Assembly (NCBI GenBank): GCA_014360465.1 | Contig: JACIXQ010000008.1 | Location: 1 to 46,508, forward strand | DNA length: 46,508 nucleotides | Source: a bacterium | GTDB lineage: Bacteria; Armatimonadota; JACIXR01 | Reading direction: 5' to 3' | Program-made: the position numbers and the translations under genes | The notes under the pieces: generated by a model | The model's input: only the letters and a program-made list of their open reading frames with translations | Told to the model about the DNA's origin: nothing | Databases searched by the model: none | Shown here: piece by piece, positions 27,085 through 38,500 of the stretch | Layout: each line of letters starts with the position of its first letter | Position numbering within the stretch: position 1 is the first letter of the stretch

Positions 27085-29208
27085 TCATTTATCTGTTAAT
27101 GCTATTTTTCTTTCGGATTTTCCCTCTCTTCCCGCCATCCATTTTCTTGCTAACTCAACTGGCACTTCCTCAATCAAAATTACTGCAATCACGGGCATTA
27201 AAAGAAAAACACTCGCTACAACTCCTGAGTCATTAAAAATAAATGCCACTATTGTGCATATTAAAACCGTCTTCAGCCACAACGAGCTATCTTTTTTAGC
27301 TAAGTAAAACCTCAATATATAATAAAGAAATAGCAAAATGCACTCGCCTATGAGAGTAACAGTCCAATCGCTATAGCGAAGGAGTCTTACATTTGTCATT
27401 ATCTTTCTCTGGACTATTTCAAATAGAATATCAGCTTTCCCCAAAAGGAGGTTTCGGAAAGCCAAACCAATATGTGTGCCGCGAGTTAGTGTATCAAAAA
27501 TGACGGGCAAGCACACCATCATTATAAAGATAGCGACCAAGTAGAGCTTCACCCTACCCCTGTGTCTTAAATGGTTGATTGAAAGATAAATAAAACCAGC
27601 TAAAAGGGTAATCAATCCACCCCAATTAGCACCCCACCATGGAGCACCGACGAGAATGGCATAGATGAGCCAAAGGAAACGCTGAAGGAAATTGTTTCCA
27701 TAATGGTATAAAAGAACCAGTAGATAACCAACAAGCAGTCCCATAAACTCGTTTCCAATACCGTAATATCTCGCCCCTTCCTCAACGGAGTGCCCTATCC
27801 CAGAAGAAGCCATAAGCTGGCTTCCGTGTAATAAATCAAAACTAAGAAAAACGATTGTAGCTATTGTTATATAAAGAAGAGACTTTGAGGGATAGAAAGA
27901 ACAGATAAAAAACAGAAGAATGGTTAGGATGCTCAAGGAAAATATAAGGGGTAACTCAGTAAGGGATAAAGGCGCAAGCAAGAGAAGGGCAAAGGGGAAA
28001 AGCAGGGGGATCAAAATTAATAAGCGATAAAAGGGGTTAAGTAAAGGTAAAATGAAACCGAGCAAAAGGAAAGTAAGGGTAAGGGCTACAATATGAGCAC
28101 TTATAATTTTGTGTATTGTCCAGCTTCTCCAACTCCGCTCCCTAATACGCAGGATAGTTTTAATTGGTTCATCAATAGATTTAGAATAAAATGTTTTTCC
28201 CAAAAAAAGACGTTTAGGTCCGCCAAAAAAAGAGGCTATCGTGGGAGAGAAATCATAATGGGAAACTACCCCCAATGTTTTTGTTGTCCCGGAGGTAAGC
28301 AACCCCTTTAACCCGTTCCCCATCGCTATTACTGGCGATAAATTTCTCCCTTCCTTTAGTGCCCATCGCCCAGGATAAGGTGCCGTTATAATGAATAAAT
28401 CTTCATCGCTCAAATAATGAAGGATAAATCCAACCATATCGTCTACCCTACTGAGAAACTCACCTATTAAGGTTTCCCTTCTATTCTCGTTTAAATAAGG
28501 ATATTGGAGGTCTATCCTCAAAGAGTCACCCGTCTCAATGATGAGCACTATATTATCTAACTGCAAATATTTTCTCAAAGCATCCTTTAAAGCAGAGAAA
28601 TTCGTCCGCACCCCACCGGGGAAGCAAGGGTCCAGCACCAACAGTTTATCGCTTACATCTCCTCCCTTTACAATTCCCCGAGAATCAACCAAGGCTAAAC
28701 TTGCCTCCCTGTGAGGTTCTCCTAAAATATCCCCGTTTCCCAAAAGTATCGTTTTTATCCCTTTTTCAACCAATAAATCTCCTAAAAGATGATAATCAGT
28801 TTTCCCTTTTAAACTTTGATTTGCCTCCACAAGTGAAGGAAAACCTATATGTAAAAGAGCATCTGGAGGTGGGGAGACACCCCAAAGCCTTTCAAACTGT
28901 ATATCAGCTTTTGTTCCCTTATAGAATTCATCCGCTCCAAAGCAAAGACGCGCTTCTTCCCCACCCTTAATCATCCTTGCCGTTCCCATTGCTAAATATG
29001 CCGATTCCGAAGGATATTTTTTGTATAACCGACAATTCGCGAGCCCTACTGCTCCCCTCTCAGCTACAAATAATATGTTCTTATATTGACTATTGTAAAG
29101 CTCCTCAGGCGTTATTCCTGGGAGTGATACAATTACTGCCTTACGAGCAAAAAGTGTATAACTAAATAATAGAAAGAGGAAAATAATTATCCTTTTCATA
29201 TTAGCCAT
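27085..29208 (-). CDS. membrane protein: N-terminal extracytoplasmic alkaline-phosphatase-superfamily-like domain + C-terminal polytopic TM domain
   Basis: 707 aa. Signal/anchor, then 'VVSHYDFSPTIASFFG' (sulfatase/LtaS/EptA-like terminal motif), then about 10 hydrophobic helices. Its topology is reversed relative to LtaS/EptA. Confidence 0.4.
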   Translation of the reverse strand: MANMKRIIIFLFLLFSYTLFARKAVIVSLPGITPEELYNSQYKNILFVAERGAVGLANCRLYKKYPSESAYLAMGTARMIKGGEEARLCFGADEFYKGTKADIQFERLWGVSPPPDALLHIGFPSLVEANQSLKGKTDYHLLGDLLVEKGIKTILLGNGDILGEPHREASLALVDSRGIVKGGDVSDKLLVLDPCFPGGVRTNFSALKDALRKYLQLDNIVLIIETGDSLRIDLQYPYLNENRRETLIGEFLSRVDDMVGFILHYLSDEDLFIITAPYPGRWALKEGRNLSPVIAMGNGLKGLLTSGTTKTLGVVSHYDFSPTIASFFGGPKRLFLGKTFYSKSIDEPIKTILRIRERSWRSWTIHKIISAHIVALTLTFLLLGFILPLLNPFYRLLILIPLLFPFALLLLAPLSLTELPLIFSLSILTILLFFICSFYPSKSLLYITIATIVFLSFDLLHGSQLMASSGIGHSVEEGARYYGIGNEFMGLLVGYLLVLLYHYGNNFLQRFLWLIYAILVGAPWWGANWGGLITLLAGFIYLSINHLRHRGRVKLYLVAIFIMMVCLPVIFDTLTRGTHIGLAFRNLLLGKADILFEIVQRKIMTNVRLLRYSDWTVTLIGECILLFLYYILRFYLAKKDSSLWLKTVLICTIVAFIFNDSGVVASVFLLMPVIAVILIEEVPVELARKWMAGREGKSERKIALTDK

Positions 29209-29322
29209 TACTTGAATTTTACAAATATCAAATCATTAATTAATTATATATTCGTTTTAAGTAATTGACAGATGTCCTTTATTATGGTAAATATACATAC
29301 TACTTGAAAGGAGGTACTTCCA

Positions 29323-30456
29323 GTGGAAATAGAAATAGGAAGAAACCGCAAGGCTTATTGGACTTTCGGTCTTGACGAGATATCACTTATCCCTTCCGAG
29401 GAAACCGTTGATGTTGACGAAGTAGATGTTAGTTTTCAGTTAGGAGAATACACTTTTCCTTTGCCGGTTCTCGCCTCGGCGATGGATGGAGCTGTAGATG
29501 TAAGAATCTGCTCAATCCTTGGGAAACTGGGAGGATTAGCTGTTTTGAATCTTGAAGGGGTCCAGACGAGATACGAGAATCCCGAGGAAGCAATAGAAAA
29601 AATCATTACGGCTCCCAAGGAAAAAGTCATTGATGTGATAAAAGAGGTTTACAGAGAACCGATAAAGGAAGAACTTATAGAGAAAAGGATTAAACAAATC
29701 AAAGCGGAGGGCGTTATCGCTGCAGCTTCCGTAACCCCTGCCAATGCTGAAAGATTTTTCCCTATCTGCTTGAAAGCTGGATTAGATATTTTCGTCTTGC
29801 AATCCACCCTTACAACTGTAAGGCATAAGTCTTCAAAATATAAACTTGATATCCCTAATTTCTGCGAGAAATCACCCATTCCCATCATCATCGGCAATTG
29901 CGTAACCTATGAGGGCGCACTTGAGCTTATGGAAGCTGGCGCGAGTGCGGTTCTTGTCGGAGTAGGTCCAGGAGCCGCCTGTACAACTCGCCAGGTTCTT
30001 GGAATCGGTGTTCCCCAGGTCACAGCCATTGCCGACGCATCAGCGGCAAGGGATGATTATTTCCGCAGAACCGGAAGGTATGTGCCGGTTATAGCCGATG
30101 GCGGAATGAGAAGAGGTAGCGATATAGCTAAAGCAATCGCCTGTGGAGCGGACGCCGTTATGATTGGTTCCCCCATCGCCTCAGCAGAGGAGGCTCCAGG
30201 AAAGGGTTACCACTGGGGAATGGCTTCCTTCCACCCTCTTCTTCCCCGTGGGACGAGGATATATGTGGGAATATTGGGAACTCTAAAGGAAATCCTCCTC
30301 GGTGAAGCGAAAAGGGACGATGGGACAATGAACCTCATTGGTGCATTAAAGCTTTCAATGAGCTCCTGCGGAGCCCAAAATATTAAGGAAATGCAGAAGG
30401 TCAGAATAGCCTACGCCCCTGCCATTCCAACAGAGGGCAAAGCCTTACAGAGGTGA
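29323..30456 (+). CDS. IMP dehydrogenase-family protein lacking CBS domains (GuaB3-type)
   Basis: 377 aa. '[13 protein letters not shown]' and catalytic loop '[11 protein letters not shown]' (cf. IMPDH GIGPGSICTTR). No CBS pair. Confidence 0.65.
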   Translation: MEIEIGRNRKAYWTFGLDEISLIPSEETVDVDEVDVSFQLGEYTFPLPVLASAMDGAVDVRICSILGKLGGLAVLNLEGVQTRYENPEEAIEKIITAPKEKVIDVIKEVYREPIKEELIEKRIKQIKAEGVIAAASVTPANAERFFPICLKAGLDIFVLQSTLTTVRHKSSKYKLDIPNFCEKSPIPIIIGNCVTYEGALELMEAGASAVLVGVGPGAACTTRQVLGIGVPQVTAIADASAARDDYFRRTGRYVPVIADGGMRRGSDIAKAIACGADAVMIGSPIASAEEAPGKGYHWGMASFHPLLPRGTRIYVGILGTLKEILLGEAKRDDGTMNLIGALKLSMSSCGAQNIKEMQKVRIAYAPAIPTEGKALQR

Positions 30457-30460
30457 TAGA

Positions 30461-31477
30461 TTGTCGGGTGAAAAACTCGCTTGCGGGAAGCTACCTCACC
30501 AGCTTTTAGAGAAACTCCTCAAAATTATAGAAGAGAGGAAAGATGATAAACTAATAATAGGACCCGGAATCGGTGTTGATTCCGCCGTCGTTTCCTGGGA
30601 TGGTAAGCTTCTCGTAGTCACGAGCGACCCTATCACATTCACGAGCGATCTTATCGGCTGGTATACCGTGATGGTTAACGCTAACGATATAGCGGTTATG
30701 GGTGCGTCACCTCGTTATCTGCTCGTGACCCTACTTCTACCTATGAATTGTTCCTCCGAGCTCCCCCTTAAAATTATGCAGCAAATAGAGGAAGCCTGCA
30801 GAAAACTTTCAATAACAGTCATCGGCGGGCATACGGAGATAGCGCCAGGTTTGGAACGCCCAATATCTATTGGGACTATGCTTGGGGAGACGGATAGGGT
30901 TATCCGTCCTTTAGCACAAGAAGGGGACCTGATTTGTTTGACAAAGGGCATCGCCATTGAAGGAACCGCCATTTTAGCGAGGGAATTTCCCGACCTTCTA
31001 ATTTCCCTTGGAATAGAAAAAGATGTTCTGGATAGAGCAAAAAACTTCATAAACGAGCCAGGAATATCCGTGGTTGAAGAAGCACTCGCCATCAGGGATT
31101 TGGTTACATCTATGCACGACCCAACTGAAGGTGGTCTGGCAACAGCGATTTACGAGTTTTCTATCTCCAATGATAAAGGGGCGTTGATTTATGAGGATTC
31201 CATCCCCATATTGCCCGAATGTAAATTGATATGTGAGAAATTAGGGTTGAATCCACTTGGGCTCATTGCATCGGGAGCTTTGCTCTTCACGATTTCAGCG
31301 GATAAAGTAGAAATGGCTAAATATGAGTTGGAGAAAAAGGGAATCAAGTGTTGGGCTATAGGGGAAGTAAAAAGCAAGGATTTCGGCTTAAAGCTTATGC
31401 GGAATGGCTCACTCATCCCCCTTCCCTACTTTGAGAGGGATGAACTGGCAAGACTTGAGGAAGAATGGGCAGAGTAA
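30461..31477 (+). CDS. AIR-synthase-related (PurM/HypE/SelD superfamily) protein
   Basis: 338 aa. 'GPGIGVDSAVV...SDPITF' N-domain and 'GGHTEIAPG' motif. Immediately downstream of the GuaB3-like gene. Confidence 0.55.
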   Translation: MSGEKLACGKLPHQLLEKLLKIIEERKDDKLIIGPGIGVDSAVVSWDGKLLVVTSDPITFTSDLIGWYTVMVNANDIAVMGASPRYLLVTLLLPMNCSSELPLKIMQQIEEACRKLSITVIGGHTEIAPGLERPISIGTMLGETDRVIRPLAQEGDLICLTKGIAIEGTAILAREFPDLLISLGIEKDVLDRAKNFINEPGISVVEEALAIRDLVTSMHDPTEGGLATAIYEFSISNDKGALIYEDSIPILPECKLICEKLGLNPLGLIASGALLFTISADKVEMAKYELEKKGIKCWAIGEVKSKDFGLKLMRNGSLIPLPYFERDELARLEEEWAE

Positions 31478-33159
31478 TAATACTTGATGAGGAAACAATA
31501 GGTAAAATAGCAGCAGGCGAGGTTATTGAAAGACCAGCTTCTGTGGTTAAAGAGCTGGTAGAGAACTCTCTTGATGCTGAGGCAAAACACATCCTCGTGG
31601 AGATAGTTGAAGGAGGGAGGAAACTTATCCGCGTAGTTGATGATGGCATAGGTATGAGCAAGGAAGATGCCGTTCTCGCCTTGCAGAAACACTCAACTTC
31701 AAAGATACATTCTGCAGAAGACCTCTACAATATAACCACCCTCGGATTCAGGGGAGAAGCACTTCCATCCATCGCCGCGGTCTCCCAGATGAGGCTTTTG
31801 ACCAAAAGCCAGGAAGATGCCTCAGGCGTTGAGATAAAAGTGGAAGCGGGTATCATAAGGGAAATGAGGGAAATCGGACTTCCTCAAGGAACGACGGTTA
31901 TCGTGGAAAACCTTTTCTTCAACACGCCTGCTCGTCTCAAATTTCTCCGCTCACCCCAGACAGAACTTGCCTACATCCTTTCCTGGCTTCAACGATTTGC
32001 CCTTTCCCACCACGATGTCTCTTTCCGCGCCCTTTCGGCAGATAGAGAAATCTTCAATCACATATCAACCGATGACCTCCTGGAAGCGATAGCCTCCATT
32101 ATGGGAGAGGAGATTGCTTCTCAGATGCTTCCTGTAGAGGCAGAAGAAGGAGAAGTAAGGATTTATGGTTTCATTAGCCGTCCCCCTATAAGCCGAGCTA
32201 CAAGGCAAGAGGAGTATTTCTTCGTCAATCGCAGATTTGTCAGGTCGCGCCTGTTAAATATCGCTATTGATGAAGCGATGATAAGTGCCGTGCCAAGTGG
32301 TCGTTATCCAATCTGCGTTCTCTTCGTTGATATTCCTCCATATCTCGTGGATGTCAATGTGCATCCGATGAAGTTAGAGGTTAAGTTCGTCAGGGAAAAG
32401 GAGATTTTCTCATTTCTCAGAAACGCAATCGCTAAAGCCATCTCTCAGCCAGTCTCCACCACCTTCTCCCTTCCAAATAGGCAATACAAAACCTCTATTC
32501 CCTCGTCTAAAACAACCAAGGGATATCCTGAAATGGAAGAAACGGAGGCAGAAACCCCTACTTTACCTTTTGAGGAAAAGACCGAAGTTTACCCAAGGAT
32601 ATTGGGACATATTGCGAAAACCTATATCGTAGTTGAATGGCAGAATGAACTAATGCTCGTTGACCAGCATGCCGCTCACGAAAGGATAATCTTCGAGAAA
32701 CTGCTTAAGAGAAAGAAATTAAGCATAAGGGAATCCTCGCAGGAAGCTGTCTTTCCCCTAATCCTTCATCTTTCACCAGCGCAGTTCAGACTGGTTTCCC
32801 AGTGGCTTCCTCTATTTGAAGAACTTGGCTTCCAGGTGGAACTGTTTGGAAAACAGTCAATAATCGTGAGGTCGGCACCAGGAGAGCTTGAGGGAAAGAA
32901 CATTGAAGAAGTGGTGCGGGATATAATTGATGAACTCACAGAAACCCCAGAAAGGGAAGCAAAGATAGGTTTGGAGGAGATCGCCGCCACTACATCTTGT
33001 AAATTAGCCATAAAAGCAGGCGATAGGCTGGAGAAAGAGGAAATGAAAAAGCTAATAGAAGAACTCCTCAATTGTGAAAACCCCAGTATATGCCCCCATG
33101 GAAGACCAACTTATATCATTTTCCCCTTTAGCGATTTAGAAAGGAGGTTCAAGCGATGA
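31465..33159 (+). CDS. mutL: DNA mismatch repair protein MutL
   Basis: 564 aa. 'ETIGKIAAGEVIERPASVVKELVENSLDA' is the GHKL ATPase N-terminus. MutL C-terminal dimerisation domain present. Confidence 0.85.
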   Translation: MGRVIILDEETIGKIAAGEVIERPASVVKELVENSLDAEAKHILVEIVEGGRKLIRVVDDGIGMSKEDAVLALQKHSTSKIHSAEDLYNITTLGFRGEALPSIAAVSQMRLLTKSQEDASGVEIKVEAGIIREMREIGLPQGTTVIVENLFFNTPARLKFLRSPQTELAYILSWLQRFALSHHDVSFRALSADREIFNHISTDDLLEAIASIMGEEIASQMLPVEAEEGEVRIYGFISRPPISRATRQEEYFFVNRRFVRSRLLNIAIDEAMISAVPSGRYPICVLFVDIPPYLVDVNVHPMKLEVKFVREKEIFSFLRNAIAKAISQPVSTTFSLPNRQYKTSIPSSKTTKGYPEMEETEAETPTLPFEEKTEVYPRILGHIAKTYIVVEWQNELMLVDQHAAHERIIFEKLLKRKKLSIRESSQEAVFPLILHLSPAQFRLVSQWLPLFEELGFQVELFGKQSIIVRSAPGELEGKNIEEVVRDIIDELTETPEREAKIGLEEIAATTSCKLAIKAGDRLEKEEMKKLIEELLNCENPSICPHGRPTYIIFPFSDLERRFKR

Positions 33160-33250
33160 AGAAATTACTAAAGCTCAAACTAATAAAGAAAAAAGAGCTT
33201 AAAAAAGACGGCAGATACATAATCTATTACACTTTTGAGGAGAAGAAATA

Positions 33251-34234
33251 ATGTCCGAGCTTCGCTGGCATCCTCTGCGAAGAGAATGGGTTATCACCGC
33301 TACCCATCGGATGGAACGAACTTTCCTTCCTCCACCATCCGAATGTCCTCTTTGCCCCAGTAGAGAAGGAAAAGAAACCGAAATACCTAGCGAAACATTT
33401 GACATAGTTGTCTTCGAAAATCGTTTCCCCTCGCTTTTCCCTCATCCTCCCGAACCGGCGATCAGCTCTTCAAACCTCTATAGGGTCAAACCTTCCAGGG
33501 GAGTTTGTGAGGTCGTCGTCTATACACCAGTGCATACAGGCAGTCTCACCACCCAGAGTTTGGAAAGAATATACAAGCTACTTCTGGTCTGGCAGGACAG
33601 GTTTATAGAACTTTCCCATCTTCCCTATGTGCGTTATGTCTACATATTTGAGAACAAAGGAAAAGAGGTAGGCGTAACCTTACATCACCCCCATGGACAA
33701 ATATATGCATTTCCCTTTATTCCGCCCATCATTCGGAACGAGATTATTTCTATGAAGGAACACAAAAGAAAAACTGGTAATTGTCTGATATGCGATATAC
33801 TGGCAAGGGAACAGGCAGAGGGCAGGGTGATAATACAATCGCCATCCCATCTCGCCTTCGTCCCATTCTTCGCTCGGTGGCCTTACGAGGTTTTCATCGT
33901 CCCCAAAAACCACTTAACTGGCTTAGATGAATATGACGACGACACCCTCGTTGATTTAGCCTATATCCTCAAAGCAGTTCTATTGAAATACGACAACCTT
34001 TTTTCCTTTTCCTTGCCCTATATGATGGTGATGCACCAGCGCCCCTCAAAAGATAAATCGGGATTATTCCACTACCATATAGAATTCTATCCACCTTATA
34101 GGAGCAAAGATAAGCTTAAATATTTAGCTAGTGTTGAATCCGGGGCAGGAAACTTCATCAATGACTCCCTTCCCGAGGAAAAAGCGAAAGAATTGAGAGA
34201 CCTGCCCCCTCATAATATTGAGGAGGTGGAATGA
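33251..34234 (+). CDS. galT: galactose-1-phosphate uridylyltransferase (HIT-like GalT)
   Basis: 327 aa. 'CPLCP' zinc motif and 'HPHGQIYAF' HxHxQ active site. Confidence 0.8.
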   Translation: MSELRWHPLRREWVITATHRMERTFLPPPSECPLCPSREGKETEIPSETFDIVVFENRFPSLFPHPPEPAISSSNLYRVKPSRGVCEVVVYTPVHTGSLTTQSLERIYKLLLVWQDRFIELSHLPYVRYVYIFENKGKEVGVTLHHPHGQIYAFPFIPPIIRNEIISMKEHKRKTGNCLICDILAREQAEGRVIIQSPSHLAFVPFFARWPYEVFIVPKNHLTGLDEYDDDTLVDLAYILKAVLLKYDNLFSFSLPYMMVMHQRPSKDKSGLFHYHIEFYPPYRSKDKLKYLASVESGAGNFINDSLPEEKAKELRDLPPHNIEEVE

Positions 34235-35376
34235 ATATGCCAGAGGAAATCTTCATTGAAAAATTTAAGGAGATCTTCGCCCATTACCCAAGGTATTTCA
34301 TTCGTGCCCCTGGACGCGTTAACCTCATCGGAGAGCATACCGATTACAACGAGGGCTTCGTTCTGCCCATCGCTATAGAAAGGGGCATATCTTACCTTGT
34401 TTCTCCACGAGATGACGACAGGGTTTGTCTATTTTCGTTCAATTTCAGTGAATACGATGAATTCTCGTTATCCGACATCCAAAGAAGCAAGAAAGGATGG
34501 AGCAACTATGTCAGAGGGGTAGCCAAATTTCTTGTTGAGAAAACTGGCGGATTGCGGGGTCTAAACGCCCTTATATATGGAGACCTACCTATAGGAGCGG
34601 GGCTCTCCTCTTCAGCGGCTATGGAGGTGGGAGCAGCTCTTTCCTTTCAGGCGGTCAATGCTTTCCAAATAGATAAGAAGGAGCTTGGGCTTATCTGTCA
34701 GAGAGCCGAAAACGAGTTCGTGGGTATGCGGTGTGGAATTATGGACCAGTTCGCCTCTTTGTTATCCGAGGAAGGAATGGCTCTCTTTTTGGATTGCAGA
34801 ACACTTGAGACCAAGAACATTCCACTTCCCAGGGGGCACCTCATCGCCATATGTGATTCCAAAGTGAGAAGGGAACTTGTCTCTTCCGAGTATAATAAGA
34901 GACGACAGGAATGCGAGACAGCAGCAAAAATTCTTGTTGTAAAATCACTTAGAGATGCAACTCCCGAAATGCTGGATAGGGAGAAATTGGGGGAAACGGT
35001 CTATAAAAGAGCAAAGCATGTTGTGGAGGAAAACTTGAGGGTCCTACAGGCAATAGAAGCCCTACAGAAAGGAAATGTTGCTCTATTTGGTGAGCTGATG
35101 AAGGCATCCCACATATCCCTCCGAGACCTGTATGAAGTCTCCTGTCGTGAATTAGACATACTCGTTGATATCGCATTGAGCGTTCAAGGCGTTCTTGGAG
35201 CGAGATTGACCGGTGCAGGCTTCGGCGGTTGTACAGTGAACCTACTCAAAGAGGATTCAAGAAATACCTTTGAACAAACGATTAAGAAAAATTACAAGGA
35301 AGCAACAGGATTTGAGACAGAGATTTGGTTCACCCATCCAGCCCAGGGTGGATTTATAATCTCCTTAGGGAAATAA
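34231..35376 (+). CDS. galK: galactokinase
   Basis: 381 aa. 'RAPGRVNLIGEHTDYNEGFVLP' is the GHMP kinase/galactokinase signature. A 4-nt overlap joins it to galT. Confidence 0.85.
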   Translation: MNMPEEIFIEKFKEIFAHYPRYFIRAPGRVNLIGEHTDYNEGFVLPIAIERGISYLVSPRDDDRVCLFSFNFSEYDEFSLSDIQRSKKGWSNYVRGVAKFLVEKTGGLRGLNALIYGDLPIGAGLSSSAAMEVGAALSFQAVNAFQIDKKELGLICQRAENEFVGMRCGIMDQFASLLSEEGMALFLDCRTLETKNIPLPRGHLIAICDSKVRRELVSSEYNKRRQECETAAKILVVKSLRDATPEMLDREKLGETVYKRAKHVVEENLRVLQAIEALQKGNVALFGELMKASHISLRDLYEVSCRELDILVDIALSVQGVLGARLTGAGFGGCTVNLLKEDSRNTFEQTIKKNYKEATGFETEIWFTHPAQGGFIISLGK

Positions 35377-35538
35377 AAGCTTTAAGAAGAACTTCTCCCT
35401 ATAAACGAACACCCTTGCAGGAAAGCAACTTCGTTTCTTTGTACCGTGTATCATCTACTCCACGAGAAAATCATAGACCGCAAAACGAATAGATAATATA
35501 ATCTATCAAAATGAATTCTCCTCATAGAGGTGATAAGT

Positions 35539-38500
35539 ATGCAATTGCCTATGTTCCTATTTGCCTGCATTCTTCTGCTCACGATTCAGTTATCCGCTTT
35601 TGACCCTCCTATAGATACCGCCGGTCCATTAACCGCCCGCATAGATGGTCCTACCGAGGTACAATCCATAGATAAACCATTCAATGTGTCCGTCGTTCTC
35701 CAAAACGATGGCGATGAGTCCATAAGCGGAGAGGTAAAGATTGGGCTAATAGATGAATGGAAAGCTGAACCCCAACATTCCAGCTTCAACATAGAGGCTA
35801 AAAGCAAGAAAACTTTGGAATTCAAAATAATTCCTTCCAGAGAGACATACAATGCACATTATCCAATTCACGCCTTTATTGACTTTCACTATAAGGGAAA
35901 ATCCTTCCAGGCTCATCCCATCCTGATTTTGAAAACGAACATACCCAATCCACCCAAACCGAAGATAGATATCCCCTGGAAACCGTTTGAGGTTCACCCT
36001 AATAGTGCCATTGCCATTTGGCGGCTCCCAGTTTATAGGGCGGTTTTGAGGGTCTTCGGCGAAAAGCCAGAGGTTCAGCCGGTAGGCTTAAGTGGAGTTG
36101 ACCCACAAACGAAAGCTAGCTGGAGTATCGGGGACAGGGTGCTTCGGGGCGACATAAGGGAAACAATAGGTATGCACCCACCTTGGTTCAATAACCAAGT
36201 GGGCACGATTTTCCTTGAATTTCCCTTGAAACTACCGAAAGCGAAGAAAATTATCCTTCGTTTTGCCAATGCTATAAGGGACAACACCGCTGAAGAGCCA
36301 CCCAGCGATGGAGTAACATTTCGCGTAAGGGTTGTTCCCTTCACAGCAAGAGATGGAGAGGAAGGGGAGATAGTTTACGAGAAACATACTTTAGCTAAAG
36401 TATGGGCTGAAGGAGAAGCAGATTTGAGCAGATTCGCCGGGCAAACAATTCGTATTCAACTGGAATCTCATCCTGGTCCCAAAAATGATACCACCTGCGA
36501 CCAATCATATTGGGCAGAACCAACCCTTTTAGTCGGTGATCCACCTCAAAAACCCGTTTTTCCTCCCTCTTTGACAGCTCCCCACAGAAAGCTTGGCAAC
36601 ATCCAGATAGACGGTAGTAATTATGAGGTGAGAATCTGGGAGGGCAAAAGGGGAATTTTGGATTCAACGATTGGCTTTATCAGCGATTCAAAAATACTTC
36701 TCTTCAACGGATTTAAGGTCAAAGTGCTTGGAGATGACCTAAGCGATTGGCGTTCCACCTGCTCCCTTAAAAGTGTCAAGAAAGAGGAAAAAGATGGTCA
36801 TCTTATTTACACCCATAACTTCACCAGCTGGTTGGGCGATTTGTCGCTTCTCAGCGATATCTGGCTGGAAAACGGAGCTCTCCGAGTGAAATTCGTTCTA
36901 AATAATGTCCCTCCCTCCCGTCCTTGGATTGTAGCTTATATAGAAGATGTATCACTTGGCGAATGGAATGAGGAAGCAATAAGGGTTTACGCAGGCGATG
37001 GAAATATTCTCGTTGAACCGCAAGCCTTCAACCTCTGGTTTGATGGACATCAGCTTTCCACTTCTTTTGTCGGTTTTGACTTTGCCAACGGTGTATCGCT
37101 CGTTGAAGGCGTTGATTCCCCTCCGAGCTACCTTGAATTCACTCCACAGGCACATATCTACACTCTTCATACCCCTCACTCACAGACGATTTCCCTCATC
37201 CCTGCAAAAAGCAGCTGGGAAGCAGCGAAGGTATGGAGAAACATAAACGGGTTAAAGCCAGCTGGTGGAGTCCCCAAGCTTGCGGGACGCTTCGTGTTTG
37301 ACCTATGGGGTGGCACTTACAAAGGAACTGCCGAAGCTTTGGAAAGAGCGTTTCGCTACGGTTTAACCGATTCCATAGTGGTCTGGCATAATTGGCAGAG
37401 ATGGGGTTACGACTATCGCTTGCCCGATATCTTCCCACCCAATCCACAATTCGGCACATTAGATGAGTTCCTCCAGCTGGTAGAGACTTGTAAGCGCTAT
37501 GGAGTCCTCTTTGCACCACATGACAATTACATAGATTTTTATCCTGATGCCGAGGGCTTCTCCTATAAAAGAATCGCATTTAATAGGGATAGAACACCAG
37601 TTCCTGCCTGGTTCAATGAAGGAAGAAAAGCACAATCCTATCGTTGGAGAGCTGACCAGCTAATGCCTTTCCTTAGAAGGAATTTACATCTGATAAAGGA
37701 AAGCTTCGCTCCCACAGCATATTTCATAGATGTATGGTCTTCAATATGCCCTTACGATTACTGGACTGATGATGGAAAATTTTTCACGCGAATCTACACA
37801 AGAGATGTTTGGCGAAATGCTTTCGCCTGGATAAGAGATTTTCTTGGCGATAATGCTCCCCAGATTTCCGAAAGCGGGCATGACCAGTTGATTGGCTGGC
37901 TGGATGGTGGGCAAACCAATCACTTGAGAGTTGATATCCCACCACCGGGTTATTACTCCTGGGCTGTCTGGCCTATTAGATGCCAAGACGCCGAACGAAT
38001 TCCTTGGTATGACACGGCACATCATAGCAAATTTATACTTCACGGAGCAGGCTACGAACCAAGATATGCGTCCGGTCAGGATACCCGACTCCACGGCATC
38101 TATAGCGATGACTATATCGCCACTGAGGTCTTAACAGGGCATCCCGCAATGGTGCCCGCTCCCTTCGGAAGGGATGTTGTCCGCAAATATTATCTTCTCC
38201 ACGATTTCGCTCGTGCTCTCGCCCTGAAAGATATTGAGAATGTTGAGTTCTACCAAGGTGATATCCACAAGCAGGTTGTTAAATGGAACAATGGTGGTCT
38301 TGTATGGGTGAATAGGGGTAAAGAGGATTGGACAATAGAAGGGCACATACTTCCACAATATGGCGTTTATGCTCGTATCCCTTCAGATGCAGGATTGGTT
38401 GAGGTTAGCATTGAACGAAAAGATGGCGTTATCGTCGAGTGGTCACGCTCACCTTCAAGCATATATGTCAACGCACGCCCTGTTGTAAGCGAAAGGCTAC

